Below, piece after piece: positions 18,337 to 18,571 of a DNA stretch of 18,571 bases. The notes under the pieces were generated by a model that was given only the letters and a program-made list of their open reading frames with translations, did not search any database and had not been told where the DNA came from. The stretch's first letter is position 1. Every line of letters begins with the position of its first letter. A program made the translations under genes and the position numbers. Source of the DNA: Candidatus Hydrogenedentota bacterium (GTDB taxonomy: Bacteria; Hydrogenedentota; Hydrogenedentia; Hydrogenedentales; GCA-2746185); contig JAYGCN010000080.1 in the NCBI GenBank assembly GCA_046583315.1, positions 1-18,571 of the forward strand, written 5' to 3'.

Positions 18337-18381
18337 ACTCGCCTGCCAACACCTCCTTGCGCGGTGTTGGTAGTGTTTTGT

Positions 18382-18458
18382 GCCTGGGTAGCTCAGTTGG
18401 TTAGAGCGCTGGCTTGTGGTGCCAGATGTCCTCAGTTCGAATCTGAGCCCGGGTACCA
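18382..18458 (+). tRNA. tRNA-His (GUG) with an atypical acceptor end
   Basis: 77-nt cloverleaf: acceptor GCCTGGG/CCCGGGT, D arm GCTC/GAGC, anticodon arm CTGGC-TTGTGGT-GCCAG (GTG at 18416-18418), T arm CTCAG-TTCGAAT-CTGAG, discriminator A, encoded CCA. Confidence 0.97.
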
Positions 18459-18470
18459 TCACAAAACCTC

Positions 18471-18507
18471 AAAGGCCGTTATGCTCCCTGCATAACGGCC
18501 TTTTTTT
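18471..18507 (+). terminator. Rho-independent terminator of the tRNA gene
   Basis: AAAGGCCGTTATGC-tccct-GCATAACGGCCTTT stem running into a T7 tract. Confidence 0.92.
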
Positions 18508-18508
18508 G

Positions 18509-18538
18509 CTTCTTTCTCTTTTCGAAAAGAGAAAGAAG
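18509..18538. repeat. Perfect 30-bp palindrome
   Basis: CTTCTTTCTCTTTTC|GAAAAGAGAAAGAAG is its own reverse complement. Confidence 0.85.
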
Positions 18539-18553
18539 TAAAGAGAAACGGCC

Positions 18554-18571
18554 AGATCGGAAGAGCACACG
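18554..18571 (+). other. Illumina TruSeq adapter remnant (artefact)
   Basis: The final 18 nt, AGATCGGAAGAGCACACG, are the start of the standard adapter read-through sequence. Confidence 0.97.

Noticed and set aside
17947..18495. Short ORFs in the nqrA-tRNA intergenic region and across the tRNA
   Set aside because: No convincing RBS or motifs; they overlap promoter elements or the tRNA itself.
1..18571. CRISPR array, integrase, transposase or prophage genes
   Set aside because: No spaced direct repeats or mobile-element ORFs were seen.

Overview
An 18.6-kb bacterial chromosomal window from a diderm organism (lipid A acyltransferase, MsbA-like exporter). It ends in an untrimmed Illumina adapter, so it is probably a contig end. 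The left half is mostly + strand: the tail of an unidentified gene, maf, a beta-CASP ribonuclease, an LpxL-family acyltransferase, a membrane Ser/Thr kinase (Zn-ribbon/kinase/TM/FGE-like), a small two-CxxC protein, rlmB (- strand) and an MsbA-like ABC transporter. The right half is one tightly packed - strand run: nqrABCDEF-apbE, a 73-aa Rdx/SelW-like selenoprotein, a CE15 esterase and a YHYH protein. The selenoprotein is missing from the ORF track; it has a CxxU motif, an in-frame UGA and a SECIS-like hairpin. A divergent tRNA-His(GUG) follows, with its own promoter and terminator. The two main observations are (1) the hidden selenoprotein directly after apbE, where nqrM lies in gammaproteobacterial nqr loci, and (2) a tRNA-His lacking the near-universal G-1:C73 identity pair (encoded T-1, G1.U72, A73), a pattern known from a clade of Alphaproteobacteria. 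All assignments come from motif reading; no searches were run.
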